Source: Selaginella moellendorffii (Eukaryota; Plantae; Lycopodiophyta). Taken from it: DNA of 64,000 nt. The number at the start of each line of letters is the position of its first letter. Positions within the stretch are counted from its first letter, which is position 1. This document shows positions 1 through 12,150 of the stretch, piece by piece. The translations under genes were made by a program, and so were the position numbers. A model generated the notes under the pieces. That model saw only the letters and a program-made list of their open reading frames with translations. It did no database searches and was not told the origin of the DNA. Location: contig NW_003314355.1 of NCBI RefSeq assembly GCF_000143415.4, forward strand, positions 639,410 through 703,409. Direction: 5' to 3'.

Positions 1-239
1 ACTAGTAAATTGTATAGTGTTAGAAAAAGGAAAATAATAAAATGTTACTTAACAGCCAGAAACTCAACACAGTTAATTTAATAATGAAATAATAAAATAA
101 TAAAATAGTGTTCATGTTAGGGGGCGACCCTAAGACCGTATTATTCTTAATTGAAAGTTAAGGCAAATGGGAATTGAACCCATGCATGCTATAACCACAA
201 AGCCATGAACACTGGGAAATAACAAAATATAAATTCAGC

Positions 240-880
240 ACCTCTTATTAGATTTGGAATGCAAAAGAATCCATCTGATTGTCCACGTGGACGACATCCA
301 AGGGCTGCGAGGCCAGAGATTTGGAGGATCCACGCGCGGATCCTGGAGAGCAGTTACTGGCCGAATCAATACCGTCTTCATCCGGCATGAAATCAAAGAT
401 TTCTTTGGAGGTGGCCCCCTCTGGTATTTGGAACGTCCTGTCATTCTGGGCAGTAGATTCGTCCAGGACACGAGATCCTTGGCCGGCGTTTTTGCCCAAG
501 GTCGATTTCGCTGCCACAATTTGCCCCTGGTGCGCGAGCGCCATTATCATCGAGTTCCATGGCGCTCTGAGACGCAATCAAACATAGACTCTCACTCTCG
601 GATGCGGGATGCCGCCACATACGCGGTGATCATCGCGTTCCAGGAGACGTTCACGGAACTCCTAATCGAACAAGGTTGATGCCGCATCGATCGAATGCCC
701 TGTTCTTGCTGCTCGCATTTGCCAGCGAAAGGGAATATCGCGCGATCCAAGAGCCTGAACCCGGCGCGGCGGCGTGGATCATTCGTGGCGTCGCGCCTGG
801 GGGATCGGCACGATAGAAGATTTAGCTCCAGCAACGCTGCCGAGAGCGACTTTGCGGAGAAGAGAAATCCCTCGTTCATA
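240..880 (-). pseudogene. Degenerate PLS-type PPR gene fragments
   Basis: PPR-like peptides split across frames (APWNSMIMALAHQGQIVAAK, SKEIFDFMPDED, VSWNAMITAYVAA, MIHAYSAQG-like). Duplicated at ~3300-3930. Confidence 0.65.
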
Positions 881-2059
881 TAAAAAAACTTTGATGGGGC
901 CTCTGGCTGAACCTGTGACCTTGCCAATATATTTTTTTATTCTAGCCAGATATCCGGCCATCAGGTCCCCGTCCACAGTGTACACTAATTGCTTCTTAAC
1001 GTACCATAATGTAAACAGCGGCGCAAGAGATTTTCGTTTTGTGGGCGCATGGCGCTCAGCGCGTTGCTGCTGTCAAGCTCAAGAAAGAAACCATTCTCTT
1101 CTCGATGGAATGAAACTCTCACTTTCTCCATGCTCTGGCGAGGCCATGGCAAACAAAACGGGTTGGATGGACTCTGCATCTCAATCTGAGCAAGCAGCTG
1201 ATGTAGAAGCTATTTTTGAGAAACAAAGTATAAGTATGTTGCAACAAGAACCAGCAACATCCGTTTAAGATATTGTTCTGGAAGATGGCTTGTCTGAGCT
1301 CGAGTTTGATTTGATCCAGGCACCCTGGTCCCGGGAATCTATTCTTCACTTGGTTGTCAAAGCTGGAGGTCCATAGGTTTGGATCCTTTCAAATCCTTGG
1401 GGCGTGAGACTCGGAGCTCCAAGTTTTGATGCCTTTTCTTGGCAATAATATATTGCTCTGAAACCGTAAAAGCTTACTCACCCGCAAACAAAACTCCAGG
1501 GTTGCACCAGAGATCCAATAAACCTGTGAGAGCCTTGACCAAACTCAAACTCAATCAGCTGAGAGCAAGCTTTCTCAAAAGTTTCCAAAGAGCAGATGGC
1601 ATAACACAAAAAAGTATACCAGGTCACCAACTCATCACATCACAAGTTGCATTGTGGTCACTCCACGCCTTGGATGTTGATGAACTACAGGCCTCCATTT
1701 TATCTTGGAAAATGCTTGAGGCCAAAGGGTGGCAAAGATGAGGAATGAAGCGATCTGGACTAGACAAGAGTATAAGTAAAATGAGCACGAGAAGAACCAT
1801 ACATACCACGGAAAAGCAGTGCTTGTGCTTGTGAGCCTAGTTTGAAGATGTCTAAGACTGAGAAGAAAGACCATGCTGCTCGACTCATAGAGCATGCCCG
1901 GCAGCAGCAGACTGCCCGGGTAAAGAGCCCTTTGGATTGAAAATGTGCAGCAGTAGCGTATAATGGCAATGGCGGTGGTTTTCCATGGCATCGTTCTTGA
2001 GCCTTTGACAAGGAGGTGCCATCTAGCAAAGATTTGTAGGAAGGACCTTAAACTTTAAA

Positions 2060-2530
2060 ACCCATAAAGAAATATGATAAATTAAATTCTTCACTTTCAT
2101 AATAAAATGACTGTAATAACATTTGAAAATCATGTAATTATACATGAACCTTCTAGACACTCTTTTGTCATAAAGTAGTTCACTTTTTTGCAATACACTT
2201 TTGAGATTAATATTAAAAGCATCTATGTGCAAAATGAAAAATTGAGTGTAGTCAACATATGCCAAATTAAGGGAGTTGTCAATTCTATGAGATTTGCAAA
2301 TACAATATTTAGACGAAATAAAAGATGATGTTGATATCTTTAATAATGCTTGCAATTGTACAATATGATTAGAAAGATTATAGAATGTTATTCAAACTAA
2401 ATAACATCACTAAAAACTTATACAAATTAAATAATGCATGAAAAACAATTTTAAGAACATCCTCCTTAATCATTAGAATTTGTTAATACCTAAAAGCCAA
2501 ATACTTAGTGAATTAATGACTCAAGAAACT
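2060..2530 (-). mobile_element. Decayed Ty3/gypsy RT-RNase H remnant
   Basis: Peptide NLAYVDYTQFFILHIDAF resembles the gypsy RNase H start. Nucleotide similarity to 37050-37250 of the old gypsy element. Confidence 0.55.
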
Positions 2531-3119
2531 GTGAACTTCACTACCAACTCGAATGATGTTGCTGATCCCTGGAACTTTCCTCACTCGCCTCGACTTCATC
2601 AGGTTCCAGATCGTTGAGGCCTTGCTGAGAGAGTCGCAGCAAAGATCTTCGAGAGTGCTGGAGCCCTGCTACACAACTGCCTACGATGTTCTCTCAAACA
2701 TGGACTTATCGATTGGGAGGTGGGACACAATCGGCCATGGAGGACTCAAGCTCCCAGCAGCAACATCCAGATCACGACATCTGGAAGGAATGGCATCGAT
2801 TTTGACGAGCTCCTCTGCACTCAGAGTTCTCCTGGATCGACCCAGGACATCGATCATGCAGAAATAAAGAGTGCTGCCGTCTCCTCGCCACCATCCCAAA
2901 GTATTGGCTGTTCAAGACGCAGTGTTCCCAGGTCGGCTGACCGACATGGCTGCACAAAGTTAGAACGCTCCGGAACGTCAACTCGCCCGACTTGACACCC
3001 TCGAGATTCATAAGCTGGAAGACTTCCACTGCTCAATCGTAGTGCCCGTTTTGAGCTTTGGTCGTCCAGGAAACCAGGGTGCGCATTTTCATGCTCTCAG
3101 ACATGCTCCTGGCGGCGCT

Positions 3120-4100
3120 CAAGTTGAAACTGGCGTGAGAGCTATCCAGCAGACAATGGTCTTGCGCAAGATCTCGTGAACGGCCTCGTCAAAATGCCCA
3201 TTCTCGCAAGGAACCACGGTACTGGATTCTTCTCCGGGTATTTGATCGAAGATGTTCTTCGTGAGGGCGACGAAGCCTTGGTGGCTGTCTTCATTGCCGT
3301 CCACGCACCACGTCTTGATCTGGCATGAAATCAAAGATCTCTTTTGCAGTGGCCAAATCCCCCGTCTGGTATTCACCGCTGTGCTGGTGAAGGGGAACCG
3401 ATGGAACGTCCTCTCATTCTGGGCAGTAGATTCGTCTAGTACACGAGATCCTTGGCCGGCATTTTGTCGAAGGTCGATTTCGCTGCCACAATTTGCCCCT
3501 ATCGGCATTATCATCAAGTTCCACGGCGCTCTGAGACGCAATCAAACATAGACTCTCAGTCGCGGGTCCGGGATGCCGCCACATACGCGGTGATCATCGC
3601 GTTCCAAGAGAGAATCACGGAACTCCGTGTTCTTGGAAAGCTCGAGATGCCCGGACTGGGCATACAGTGTAATGAGTGAGTTCCAAGCAACCACGTCATG
3701 ATCCGGCATGGAATCGAAGATCTTGTTTGCCTGGCCGAGATTGGAGATCCGGATGTAGGATTTTACGACTGTGTTGCGGGACACTGGGGCACTCAATCGA
3801 ACAAGATTGACACCGCATAGATCGAATGCCCCGTGTGTTCTTGCTGCTCGCATTTGCCAGTGAAAGGGAATATCGCGCGATCCAAGAGCCTGAACCCTGC
3901 GCGGAGTAGGCGTGGATCATCGTGTTCCAGGTCCTGGCGTCGCGCTGGGGGATCAGGTACGATAAAGCTTCAGCAACGCTGCCGAGAGCGCAAGAGCGAC
4001 AGCCAAAAGGCAGCGAAGAGCTGGTGTAGAGAATGTCGCTCTGGCCAGCGACTTTGCAGGGAGGAAATGGCGGTGGAGAAGAATGCTTCCTGTTTTTTGA
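3120..4100 (-). pseudogene. Degenerate PPR gene (second copy of the 240-880 segment, longer)
   Basis: NLGQANKIFDSMPDHDVVAWNSLITLYAQSGHLE, TKNIFDQIPG, ENGHFDEAVHEI; interrupted by frameshifts and stops. Confidence 0.7.
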
Positions 4101-4175
4101 TTGGGTCTCTGGCTGTGGATTTGAACCTGTGGCCTTGCCAATATATTCTAGCCAGATATCCGGCCATCAGGGCGA

Positions 4176-4406
4176 GCCCGCATTAGCCTTGAATCTAATA
4201 AATGCATGCCTTAAAGAGGTCAGGACTCTTTGCACGTATTAGCTTTAGAATTACTATGGTTATCCAAGTAGTAAGGTACCATCAAATAAATTATTATTGA
4301 TTTAATGAGCTATTCACAGTTTCACAATACAAAGCAATTTATACTTACACATGCATGGATTAATTTTTGAGACAAGCATATGACTGCTGGCAGGATCAAC
4401 CAAGTA
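4176..4406 (-). rRNA. Degenerate 5' fragment of 18S rRNA (non-functional rDNA insertion)
   Basis: Reverse complement begins TACTTGGTTGATCCTGCCAGCAGTCATATGCTTGTCTCAAAAATTAATCCATGCATGTGTAAGTATAAA, matching the universal 18S 5' end with substitutions. Only ~230 nt are present. Confidence 0.9.
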
Positions 4407-5527
4407 GCTATTGTCTGAGGATGCAAGGCACACAAGTCCTAACACTGAAAGATGGAGCAAAGGCAATGCATAGCCAATATCAATTAAGATGCCACAGCTG
4501 TAAGGGTCATGCTTCAAGTGCCAAGGCAAGCCAAAACCCTTAGTAGCTAAGTGAAGCTTACGCATGGTGAGAACACATGCGCACAGCCTTTGCCCACCCT
4601 AGCCGGACTTGGACTGGACCTTGGCTACCTAATGCATGAGCCCCTCTACTTGAGCAGGTTCCCGTCCAACTGGACACTAATTGCTTCTTAACGTATACCA
4701 TAATGTAAACAGCAGTGCAGGAATTCTTTGTTTTCTGGGCGCAAATTCTGGGCATGGCGCTCAGCTCGTTGCTGCTGTCAAGCTCAAGAAAGAAACCATT
4801 CTCTTCTCGATGGAATGAAACTCTCACCTGCTCATGTTCTGGGACACGTTTTATTTAAAAACCCAGAGGCCATGGCAAACAAATGGACTCTGCATCTCAA
4901 TCTGAGCAAGCAGCCGATGCAAACGCTACTTCTGAGAAGCAAAGTATAAGCATGCTGCTGCAACAAGAATCAACAACATCCGTTTAAGATATTGTTCTGG
5001 AAAATGGCTTGTTTGAACTCGAGGTGGACCCTGGTTCCATCTATTGTCAAAGCTGGAGGTCCATAGGTTTCAATTCTTTCAAATCCCCGGGGCATGAGAG
5101 TCGAGCTCCAAGTTTGATCCCCTTTCCTAGCAATAATATATTGCTCCCAAACCGTGAAAGTTTACTCACCCACAAGAAAAACTCCAGGGTTGCACCAGAG
5201 ATCCAATAAACCAAGAAAGCTCTCAAGGAAAATCCTAGATTCAACATAAAGTCACACCCCATGGAATTGGTTGTGATCTTGGTGCAACTAGCTAGTGAAG
5301 CTTGTCTTCAAACACATGGTTTTAGTTGCCAAAAGTATGGCCATGATGTCTTTCACACTATTGTCCAATCTGGTGAGAGCCTTGATGGAGCTCAAACTCA
5401 ATCAGCTGTGAGCAAAAAGTTTCCAAAGGGCAGATGGCATAAAATTCTAGCCAGATATCTGGCACTAATTGCTTCTTAACGTATACCCAAGTATATATTT
5501 GTAAATAATGTTTTTAGTGTAAAATAA

Positions 5528-6127
5528 TTACATAACAAACATTTCACCACACAATGTACACTTAAGTTCCAACTTAAACTCTTTTGTAGAAATCTCCTTA
5601 AAGCACTGCTCATCACCCCCTTGCAACATGGTTTCAAATTCATGCAACTGCCTGATAAAACCATTGTTGGGACTAACACTCTTCCTACACTCTACCAAGC
5701 TCTCGAGTGCCTCATCAAAACTACACCCTTCCTTCCACATCAAGTACGCAATCAGCACTGCTGCGCTGCGCGAGCGCCCGCCAATGCAGTGGACGAGCAC
5801 CATCCCCTGCGCGAGGCCTTCGTCGATAAACTCAAAGCACTCTTGCAAGACAGGGAGAATATCTTGGTCCTCTTTATCCTGCAAAGGGACTATCTTGCGC
5901 ACCAGCGCCTTGCCCACCATGCTCGGGCAAAACTCCTTGAGCTTGGCTTCCACGCTGTGAAACTTATGGAAGCGATGGGGTGGTACCATGCCGATGAAAT
6001 TACAATTTGGTTGAAGACATACTGGTGCCAGGGACAAGACGTGACTGAATCCTTGCATGAACCCGCAAAGATAAATCGCTGCATCGTTGGAAGTGCCAAT
6101 GTAAAGCCTGTCGCGAACTTGCTTCAT
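5528..6127 (-). CDS. Dual-specificity protein phosphatase (intronless)
   Basis: 199-aa ORF with LYIG start, general-acid LQD, catalytic VHCIGGRSRS, AYLM and SPNNGFIRQL motifs. Confidence 0.85.
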   Translation of the reverse strand: MKQVRDRLYIGTSNDAAIYLCGFMQGFSHVLSLAPVCLQPNCNFIGMVPPHRFHKFHSVEAKLKEFCPSMVGKALVRKIVPLQDKEDQDILPVLQECFEFIDEGLAQGMVLVHCIGGRSRSAAVLIAYLMWKEGCSFDEALESLVECRKSVSPNNGFIRQLHEFETMLQGGDEQCFKEISTKEFKLELKCTLCGEMFVM

Positions 6128-6250
6128 TTTTTTTGGTAATCCTTAACCTAAAGAAAAAGGATGGTCCGGTCGTTTATATAGGACGCCGCCACGTGGCGTT
6201 GGATCCCGGTGTTAGTATGAACGGCTCAGAATTGCTAGGGTTTTCTTCCA

Positions 6251-7087
6251 ATGTTGCGCATAGCGGGGGATGGCATGGTGGCCAGGGTCGTCGTCCACGA
6301 CGGGCGCGCCTTCAAGGTCGGCGACCAAGATCGAAGACGAGAGAAGGCTGATGGAGGAAATCGAGAGGCGCTGGAGGAATCACCCTCTCAACCGCGGGAA
6401 TATCAAGGTATGTTCGGTCATAGCCTTCTTCAGCTCTATGTGCGATGCGGCGGCTCACTACCTTCTTCCCGATTATGACTTGGGTGTTTTGGACGAGGAT
6501 AGCGCGGTCCTCGTGACAACGGAAGTGCCTCCTTTGGCAGCGGATGTTTGGTCCCGGCTTGTCCCTGGGACGAGCGAGCCCGGCATCCTCAAGCTCTACT
6601 TGGGGGTTGAACGGACAGAGAATGAAGCGTACGACGACGAGTTCTTGAGACGGCTCATCCAGCCGAGCTTGGGATGGCGGAGGAAGTTCTAGCTATGGAC
6701 GTGGAGGCAGTGTCCTACGACTTCGCACACTACATGCTGCACCTTGATGCCCAGGACATCGAGCTGCAAGTAGGCTCTGGCGGTTGCACGTTCGTGCTAG
6801 ATTTCTCGGAGGTCAAGGAGTTCACCAGTCCAGCCAGTGCAGCAAAAGAAATGGTTAGGAACCAGAAATTCCTGCCCACGGGAGCTCTTGGCGAAGAAGA
6901 GGTGGGCTACAAGCTATGGACCAAGTTTTCTCGCGGGTACGAAGCTCTTGCGCGGGCTGCTGGTACGTCTAGTGAACTTGCTTTGCTATTTTCTTTGCTC
7001 ACGTTTGGATGTGTTTTTACTTTGCAGGAGTTCTTGACAAAGCCCAGAAATTCCTGGCTGTTCTGTGTGACGAAACGCGACGACTGA
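6251..7087 (+). pseudogene. Kinase-like protein resembling fungal DUF3669 family; two frameshifts
   Basis: Joined frames give IAGDGMVARV...AFKVGD/KIEDERRLMEE...LKLYLG...HYMLHLDAQDIELQVG...FVLDF...RNQKFLP...LWTKF. Frameshifts near 6325 and 6672. Confidence 0.45.
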
Positions 7088-7399
7088 GGCTTGCTTGACT
7101 TTCTAGTCGGCAGCATCCTTGTGTACATAGATCTGATAGCGCAGGGATCGAATTCGGCCCATCGGACAAAGCTGAGTCTGAAACATACTTTTCATTGTAC
7201 TTTATAGACATACGAGTGTGGGAAGATTTCTTCCTTTTCCAATCTCTCTCAATACATGTGAAGAAAGTTAGTGCGAGTTCTAATGCCGGAGGTGAGGGGC
7301 AGAATGCACTAACAGCTTGTGGCGTAGATTGCTCAAGTCAGAGGGCAATGCGATCATACTGCTATAGGCAGACAAGCTTGCTAGCTCTTGGTGGCGAGC

Positions 7400-8465
7400 G
7401 ACATTGACCACCAGTTTGATCCTCCTGGGATCACTGCGGTGTGGCTCACGTATTCCTCGTCCGAGCGAGGGAGCTCATAGTTGATCACATCCTGGGACGC
7501 TCGGTTGTACACGTTCGTGACGACAACCGAGAGGCCATGCTCGTAAACTTTCTGCACACAAGCCATTGTCGTGAGCTCTCTGCCATCCGACTTCTAGCGT
7601 TACCTCTAGGATAGCGTCGTCTTGGGAATAGACGGGATACGCCTCGTAACCACGCTCCACCATGCCGCTCACGACTTCGTCCACCTTTGCAGCCGAGTTG
7701 CAGAAGACGGAGTAGTAGCGGGGGAACGACCTCTGGAGTTCCTCCCATCACTCCAGCTCCAACCTGAAACAAGCCTGGTGAGCCAAAGAAACATGGGTAC
7801 AACTCCCGCTCGTCACCTTTGAGATCCTGGCCTCGGACATGCCCATCTCGCGCGCACAGCATTGCACGAGTTGAGTGAGAGCGTGCACCTTGCTCTCTGG
7901 CGCAACCAGAAGCGGTGGCGGGGCACAAGGAAGTGCATGTCGGACAAGTCCGGGGATCAAAGCTACTAGCCCGGACCAGTCCTGACACACCACATTGTCT
8001 CCACGGGCAGAAAAGCTCCTCATGATCCTCGCAAAAGTTTTATCTCCCCACCCAGGACAGGATCTGGCCTCTGAGAGCAGATTGAAGAGAAAGAAAAGGA
8101 AGAAAGAGGAAAGGTTACCGGGCAACTTGGAGGCCAAAAGCTCCTGCAACGTCGAGCTGCAAGAGAGGCGGTCGCGGTCGGAGGGAGAAAACCAGCGCTC
8201 TTGTCGGGTCGTCATTCGGGACGAAGGAAACGACGATGGGAACAACCGGTGGATGACGCCCGTGGCCTGCTCGCGGAAAGAACCGCCGATGTCGCCATCG
8301 ACGAGGATGGTAAGCACGCCCATCGATTGGGAAGGGAGCTTGTCGAGCGGTGTAGCTATCAGGAAATCAAGGCTTGGGATTAGCCATTCTTGGTCGGGTA
8401 AGCTCGCGGCTATCTTATCCTCGCCAATCTCCGACCTCACGAGTGAAACCAGGGGCTCAACCTGA
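7400..8465 (-). pseudogene. Highly divergent or degenerate DEAD-box helicase-like gene
   Basis: LDFLIATP (motif Ib-like), LVAP, VINYELPRSDEEYVSH (motif V-VI region). Canonical GKT, DEAD and HRxGR are absent. Intron-like gaps present; boundaries approximate. Confidence 0.45.
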
Positions 8466-9389
8466 GAGAAGAATCAGCGAGTTTTACATTCGAGATGGAC
8501 AACACAACCTTTTCGGTAGACGTGAGCACCAGGATGAAACGCCCCGGCCGCAGCTTGCTCGAATGTCCCGCCCACCCCAAAACCCTAAACTCCTCCACTC
8601 GAACGCGCGACCTTTAATTTCAAAAAGAAAAGCAGCAGGATTGTTAGAGGAATTGGAGCGGGGGACTTCACGAGGTGTTCTCACGCGAGGATTGCGGATG
8701 GATCTGCTTCCGATCCATGGAGGATTGCTGGCGAGCATGCCCTTCTGTGCCAAAGTAAGAAAGAAGGAAAGCATGTTGTTAGAAATACGCCACTGATCAC
8801 CAGGCACGGCAGTGTGTATTCCGCCATCGTTTGAGGAAGGCCGCACAAATATTTTTGAGCGAGCAACGAGCTTGAACGAGGTGGGATCCTTTTCAGCAAA
8901 GACCGTGCTGCACCCAGCTCGCAGATTTCATGCTCTTGCCAGCTGCTTCCTAAGCATTGTCCGGCACTGTGGCATTTCTAAGTGGGATTCCCAAGTGCCG
9001 CAATCAAAACGTTTGGAGCTATTACTTTTCTTTGGCACGCCTTGCCAAACAACCTGGATCGAACCTTCCAGCCCCCTAGCTTCAATGCACACGATCTAAG
9101 ATAGATTCTATAGATCCAAGTGGTGAGGGAAGGTGGCTACAAGTATTTAGACATTATTGTAAACACTATAATGACACCCTGTTTTATTGGCCTCAGATCT
9201 AAAGTTCCATCAATTCCCTTGTGTAAGTAAAGACCTTTATGTATAAGTAAAACCTGGAAGGTGTCTGTGTATTGAGGAGAGAAGACTTCCTCCTTGTGTT
9301 AGTGACTTGGATTTCAAGACTTAAAAGATTGGAGCCTCACAGAAGATTTTGTTCTTGACAGTTTTGATTTCTTGTTTAGCCCATAATGT

Positions 9390-12150
9390 TTAGATTTTCT
9401 CTTTCTTTTGATCTTCATTACATATCCTTCTTTTGCCATGCTATGCTGTCATTGATCAAGGAGTATATAACTTCAAGTTGCTAATGTTACTCCATTGAAT
9501 CAAATTTTTTATGGTTTGGGGCATGTATCATATTAGTGTTATGCCCATCTTTGATGTGTTGCCACCTCTAACTATGATTACATAATTTATTCTGTTTTTG
9601 GTCTTTTGCCATTTCCCATTAGTATAAAGTATGATTGTGATATCGATTTACAAGTTATAAATGATGTAGTTAGTTTTTCGATTATGATGAGGAATTTGAT
9701 TATTATAGAAATAGCTTTAGAGATGAGTGGAAGATTTTGCAATGTAAGTATAGAAACACTATCTTATATTCATAATGTTTCTTCCTTATGTACAATATTT
9801 CATTTTCCTGATATAATGATTCTTATTCTTAGTTCAATGTTAAGTTGAGTGTTTTCTATTTTTATATTAATTTAAATGTTGAGCATGCGTGTGAAGTTGA
9901 AAATCTTGTTTATGTTCCAAGGGTTGAATCACTTTTATTAAAGTTGCAAATTGAGTACATGTCCCCAATTGTGAATGCCACTAAAAGACTTTGTTTTACC
10001 ATTGTTGTTGAAGGCTTTATATGTTTTGAGAGTGAACATTTCTATAGATTTTTTTGTCTCAAGTGTTGAATTATATATTAAAGAAGTTGAGTAGTGTGAA
10101 TCTTTTACTTATATTGTGGTATTTTATAATAGGAGGTTTTCTATTTCCAAACTTTGAGCACATGTCCTTTTTATTTCTCTATTTTTACATTAACAGCTGT
10201 TGAAAATTCCTTCTAATACTTTTATATCCATTTTTTCTCCACAATATCCTCAATTTTCTCTTTGCTTTGACACTTTAAATTTTTTTTCCTTCAGAGAATA
10301 AGGTAAAGAAGACATATGGGAGTTTAGCCTTGATGATGGAATGCGGACAAACAAATACAATAATGGAGTGAGGATGAGCATAATAAATTTGAACAGATCC
10401 TCAATATAGTGAGGTTGAATAAATGTGATAGTGGAATAAAGCTAAACATAAATAGCAAAATAAAGACAAATATAACACATTTGAATGGAGCTGGTGTTTT
10501 AAATTTTTTATTTTTATTTTTTTTGAAGAGGGGATTAGGAGGATGTGAAGGATAAATAAAGTGAGTCTGACCTCCTATATTTAATGTTAGACAAGGATGA
10601 AGGTTGTGAGTTTTAAGTTAACATAAGTCTCAAATGCTATTGAAAGGAAGACGCAAAGACATGTTCTACTTATGGTTGAGAATGAGTTAACATCGATCAT
10701 CGATAGGTAAACTTAGAGATAGAATGTATTATTTGTTACAATGGTACTTTATGAATTGCTATCGAAGTCCCTTGCTTTGGTTTAAAGTTATGATTTGAAC
10801 TTTTAGCAGCTGTACATAAAGCTGTAATTAGTTCATTAAGATTCAATAGTCAATTGATGTTTGTGCCATAACTTTGAGTTTTGTTTAAATTATGATTGTT
10901 AATAATTAGTGTGTAAGTGACTTACTTTAGTCCCTTAACCACACTTTTGACCATTTGAAAGAGACTCACTCACAACTTCCATAAATTCTATTCATAACTT
11001 GGGGACATGCTAGCCCTGTAAATAGCATTTATACCACTTAACTTTTGCACTTAGCCCATGTGCTTTATATGTCTGATCCCATGACTGAGAAAATACTCAA
11101 CACTAGAACTGATCAAAGACTTTGCCAATGAAACAAAAGAAAAATTTTCAACTTCATGGATACACTCAACATCTAGATTAGTATGAAGAGGACAAAAAAC
11201 ACTCAACTCAACACTGGACTAAGAATGAAAATTATGAGAGTCACAAATGATCAACGTGCTAAGAGAAGAAAACATTGCAGATGAGGAAGAAATACTAGAA
11301 ACATGAAACGATGGCTCAAGCCGAGAAATAAAAAAGGTTGGGAAAGAGTAGAAAGGAAAGAAAAAGGATCAGATGGCAAATTAAAATATTGACACCTACC
11401 CTGCAAAATCTCCACTTCATCTTCAAAGTTATCTCCATAATAATCAAGCCCATCATCACACTTTGGAATCCACTTAAGCTCATACATATTGTTTTCTCAT
11501 AAACTTGATCCTCAAACATTTTCCAAGAATTGGACTACATTATCCATAGCTTGCCAATCAATATCACAAGCACACTCCACATCAATAAGAGATGGCAAAA
11601 CACCGAGAAAAAGACAAACTATGTAATCACGTCCTACAAAAGTTGGAGACGACAACACATCAAAGATGGGCATAACACCAATATAATCACACCCTATAGC
11701 ACCAAAAGTTCGATCTAACAAAGTAGCTTAAATGACATATTCCTTGATCAATGACAGCATGGCATAGTAGAAGAAGAAAATGCAATGAAGATCAAAAGAA
11801 AGAGTAGATTTAAGCACAATGATAGCTAGAATTTTAAATCTTGCAAAAAACTAATACAGATCTAGATCTAAAAGAGAATGAAGAAATAAAAATAAAAAAA
11901 CATAATCTCAAACACTAGAGTAAAGCATTGCCAAAAAACTTTACCCTTTAGAGACATTATAATGCCCCTCACTTCCACCAATGTGAGTGCTTAGGATATA
12001 GGAATAGATATATTAATTGGGGTTTAAACCCTTGCTTATATATAAGAATTAATGGATTAGATTCAATCCCAAATGGACTATCCATATGCTATAATACTAT
12101 AATTAGTGTATTACTTAGCTAGGGTAATATATGTATATACATACATGTAT
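9390..12150. mobile_element. Two decayed related retroelement-like segments in inverted orientation, with an LTR-like unit at 11982-~12150
   Basis: 9390-10100 is reverse-complement homologous to 11090-11810. TGTGAGTGC at 11982, with a PBS-like TGGTGGAAGTGAGGGG on the minus strand beside it, mirrors the LTR/PBS junction at 39810. Confidence 0.55.

Noticed and set aside
4176-4406. Functional rRNA gene
   Set aside because: Only ~230 nt, with many substitutions at conserved positions and no downstream 18S, 5.8S or 25S sequence.
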